Positions 59,921 to 64,000 of a stretch of 64,000 nt of DNA are shown here, piece after piece. Positions within the stretch are counted from its first letter, which is position 1; each line of letters begins with the position of its first letter. The position numbers and the translations under genes are program-made. The notes beneath the pieces were generated by a model, which saw nothing but the letters and a program-made list of their open reading frames with translations, ran no database searches and was not told where the DNA came from. Source of the DNA: Scyliorhinus canicula (Eukaryota); contig NC_052175.1 in NCBI RefSeq assembly GCF_902713615.1, forward strand, positions 2,717,620-2,781,619, read 5' to 3'.

Positions 59921-62900
59921 GCACCGAGTGCTGAACTCTTTGCATTTGAGTGCTACAGTGAGAGTTTGGTGACTGAGGGAGTGCTGAAATCGGTGGATTT
60001 GAGTGCTACAGTGAGAGTTTGGTGACTAAGGGAGTTAGGTTCTTACATTTCCTTACATTTTCCTTACATTTCTCCTTTACATAACTCCTTACATTTCATT
60101 TCCAATAGTTATCAAAGAGCGTGAAGGGAGACAGAAGTTTAGAGAACAGCTGACGGGAAGCAGAGTCGGAGGGCGGAGGTACAGTTGGCCTTCGGGGCAG
60201 CTAATTCTGTAATGTAAGTGGGGATGGAGGCTAGGGCAGTTGCATGCTCCTCCTGTAGGATGTGGGTGGTGAGGGATACCACAGGTGCCCCGGCTGACAA
60301 TACCTGCGGGAAGTGCACCCAACTCCAGCTCCTCATAGACCGTGTTAGGGAACTGGAGCTGGAACTGGATGAACTTCGGATCATCCGGGAGGCACAGGGA
60401 GTTATCGAGAAGAGTTACATGGAGGTAGCCACACCCAACGTACTGGACAAGAGTGGATGGGTTACAGTCATGGAAAAGAAAACTATCAGGCAGACAGTGC
60501 AGGGAACCCTCGTGGCCGTTTATCTTCAAAACAAGTATACCGTTTTGGATGTTGTTGGGGGGGAGGATGACCTAACAGGGAAGGCCCTAGCGGCCACGTC
60601 TCTGCCACTGAGTCTGGCTCTGGGGCTCAGAAGAGATGGGGGAGCATAGAAAAGCAACAGTAATAGGAGATACAATTGTTAGGGGGATAGATAGGAGATT
60701 CTGACGTCGCGAGCGAGACTCCCGGAAAGTATGTTGCCTCCCGCGTGCACGGGCCAGGGATGTCTCGGATCGTGTCTTCAGGATCCTGAAGGGGGAGGGT
60801 GAGCAGCCAGAATTCGTGGTTCACATTGGTACCAACGACGTAGGTAAGAAAAGGGGAGTGGAGGTAAAGAAAAACAAGTTCAGGGAGTTAGGCTGGGAGT
60901 TAAAGTCTAGGACAGAGTTGTCATCTCTGTGTTGTTGCCGGTGCCACGTGATAGCGAGGCGAGGAATAGGGAGAGATTGCAGTTGAACACGTGGCTGCAG
61001 GAATGGTGTAGGAGGGAGGGCTTCAGGTATTTGGATAATTAGAGCGCATTCTGGGGAAGGTGGGACCAGTACAAGCAGGGCGGGTTGCATCTGAACCAGA
61101 GGGGCACCAATATTCATGCCGGGAGGTTTTCTAGTATTCTTCGGAGGGTTTGAACTAATTTGGCAGGGGAATGGGAACCGTATTTGTAGTCAAGCAACTA
61201 AGGAAGACGCTATTCAGGACGCCAAAACACGTAGTGATGCAGTGGGGAAGGTAACACTGACAAAGGATAGTACTTGCAGGCAAGGAGATGGGTTGAAGTG
61301 TGTACACTTCAATGCAAGAAGCATCAGGAATAAGGTGGTGAATTTAAAGCATGGATCGGTATCTGGGGCTACGATCTGGTGGCCACCACGGAAACTTGGA
61401 CAGAAGAGGGGCAGAAATGGTTGTTGGAGGTCCATTGTTATAGATGTTTCAACAAGATTATGGAGGATGGTAAAATAGGTGGGGGTGGTGGCATTGTTAA
61501 TTACAGATATTATAACAGCTGCGGAAAGGCAGTTCCAGGGGGATTTGCCTACTGAGGTAATATGTGTTGAAGTCAGAAATAGGAAAGGAGCAGTCACCTT
61601 GTTGGGAGTTTTCTATAGGCGAATATTGGGGGAATAGCAGCAGAGATGTGGAGGAACAGATTGGGAAACAGATTTCGGAAAGATGCAGAAGTCACAGTAT
61701 CGTAGTCATGGGTGACTTCAACTTCCCAAACATTGAATGGAAACTATTTAGATCAAATTGTTTGGATGGGGTAGTGTTTGTGCAGTGTGTCATGGAAACT
61801 TATCTAACACAGTATGTAGATTGTCCGACCAGAGGGGAGGCCATATTGGATTTGGTACTTGGTAATGGACCAGGGCAGGTAATAGTTTTGTTAATGGGGA
61901 AGCAGTTTGGAGGTAGTGACCACAATTCTGTGACTTTCACCTCAGTAATGGAGAGGGTTAGGTGTATGCAACAGGGCAAGGTTTACAATTGGGGGAAGGA
62001 TAAATACAATGCTGTCAGACAAGAATTGAAGTGCATAAGTTGGGAACATAGGCTGTCAGGGAAGGACACAAGTGAAATGTAGAACTTGTTCAAGGAACAG
62101 GTACTGCGTGTTTTTGATATGTATGTCCCTGTCAGACAGGGAACCATGGTTGACAACAGAGGTTGAATGTCTTGTTGCGGAAGAAGGGGACTTATGTAAG
62201 GCTGTTGAAACAAGGTTCAGACAGGGCGCTGGAGGGATACAAGATAGCCAGGAGGAAACGGAAGAAAGGGATTAGGAGAGCAAAGAGAGGGCATGAAAAA
62301 CCTTTGGCGTGTTGGATCAAGGAAAACCCCAATGCCTTTTACACATATGTGAGAAATATGAGAACGACTAGAGGGAGGGTAGGTCCGATCAAGGACAGTA
62401 GCGGGAGATTGTGTATTAAGTCTGAAGTGATAGGAGAGGTCTTGAACAAGTATTTTTCTTCAGTATTTACAAACGGGAGGGGCCATATTGTTGGAGAGGA
62501 CAGTGTGAAACAGATTGGTAAGCTCGAGGAGATACCTGTTAGGAAGGAAGATTTGTTGGGCGTTATTAAATACTTGAGGATGGACAAGTCCCCCGGGCCT
62601 GACGGGATATATGCAAGGACTCTATGGGAAGCAAGAAATTAAATTGCAGAGCCGTTGGCAATGATCTTTTCCTCCTGTCAACAGGGGTGGTACCAGAGGA
62701 TTGGAAAGTGGCGAATGTCGTGCCCCTGTTCAAAAAAGGGAATAGGGATAACCCTGGGAATTACAGACCAGTTAGTCTTACTTCGGTTGTAGGCAAAGTA
62801 ATGGAAAGTGTACTGAGGGTTAGGATTTCTGAGCATCTGGAAAGACACTACCTGATTAAGGATAGTCAGCACGGATTTGTGAGAGGTAGGTCTTGCCTTA

Positions 62901-64000
62901 CAAGTCTTATTGGCTCCCTTGAGGAGGTGACTGAGCCTGAGGATGAAGGTAAAGCAATGGATGTACTGTACATGGATTTTAGTAAGGCATTTGATAAGGT
63001 TCCTCATGGTAGGCTCAGCAGAAAGTAAGGAGGCATGGGATAGTGGGAAATTTGGCCAGTTGGATAGAAAACTGGCTAACCGATAGAAGACAGAGAGTGG
63101 TGGTGGATGGCAAATATTCAGCCTGGAGCCCAGTTATCAGTGGCGTACCGCAGGGATCAGATCTCGGTCCTCTGCTGTGATTTTCATTAACGACTTGGAT
63201 GAGGGAGTTGAAGGGTTTGTCAGAAAATTTGCAGATGATAGGAAGATTGGTGGAGTTGCGGATAATGAGGAGCGCGGTTGTCGGCTTCAATGAGACACAG
63301 ATGGGATGCAAGGCTGGGCTGAGAAGTGGCAGATGGAGTTTAACCCTGACAAGTGTGAGGTTGTCCATTTTGGAAGGACAAATATGAATGGGGAATACAG
63401 GGTTAACGGTAGGGTTCTTGGCAATGTAGAGGAGCAGAGATGGCTTGGGGTCTATATTCATAGATCTTTGAAAGTTGCCACTCAAGAGGATAGAGCGGTG
63501 AAGAAGGCCTATGGTGTGCAAGCGTTCATTGCAGAGGGATTGAATTTAAGAGCCGTGAGGTGATGATGCAACTGTACAAAACCTTGGTCAGGCCACATTT
63601 GGGGGACTGTGTGCAGTTCTGGTCACCTCATTTTAGGAAGGATGTAGAAGATTTGGAAAAGGTGCAAAGGAGATTTACCAGGATGTTGCCTGGAATGGAG
63701 AGTAGGTCTAACGAGGAAAGGTTGAGGGTGCTAGGCCTTTTCTCATTAGAACGGAGAGGATGAGGGGCGACTAGATAGAGGTTTATAAGATGATCAGTGG
63801 AATCGGTAGGGTAGACAGTCAGAGACTTTTTCCCCGGTTAGAACAAACCATTACAAGGGGACATAAATTTCAGATAAATGGTGGAAGGTATAGGGGGCAT
63901 GTCAGAGGTAGGTTCTTTACCCAGAGAGTAGTGGGGGCATGGAATGCACTGCCTGTGGAAGTAGTTGGGTCGGAAACGTTAGGGACCTTCAAGCGTCTAT
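59921..64000 (+). mobile_element. Near full-length degenerate CR1 running off the window end
   Basis: ORF1 at 60218 (CSSC..CGKC), SGNH remnants, APE and RT pieces at 61564-63763; short 5' tandem repeats at 59928-60040. Confidence 0.85.

Overview
Eukaryotic vertebrate DNA, most consistent with a cartilaginous fish (shark, possibly a catshark), judged from the HE1-type tRNA SINEs, HER1/CR1-type LINEs and GPR139-like GPCR; the taxon is inferred, not proven. Most of the window is transposable-element derived. I could reconstruct two intact host genes from splice sites. (1) An 8-exon, non-rearranging antigen-receptor-like gene (leader, V(J), C1, TM, cytoplasmic tail with YASL; + strand, 4565-10442, 342 aa). 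(2) A 2-exon class A GPCR of the GPR139/142-like type (- strand, 31357-39383, 320 aa). Notable elements are: a young full-length CR1 LINE (11891-17589) with ORF1 and ORF2 in one frame and a 5' array of 131-bp octamer-bearing monomers; overlapping -1 slippery heptamers at the CR1 ORF1/ORF2 junction; Penelope-like elements, including an 80-bp perfect hairpin carrying a hammerhead ribozyme motif; a truncated copia-type LTR element; a degenerate foamy/loki-like endogenous retrovirus with env remnants and a 3' LTR; a CCAAT/TALE-motif minisatellite; and a local segmental duplication. Boundaries of degraded TE fragments are approximate, and family assignments come from motif recognition by eye with no database searches.
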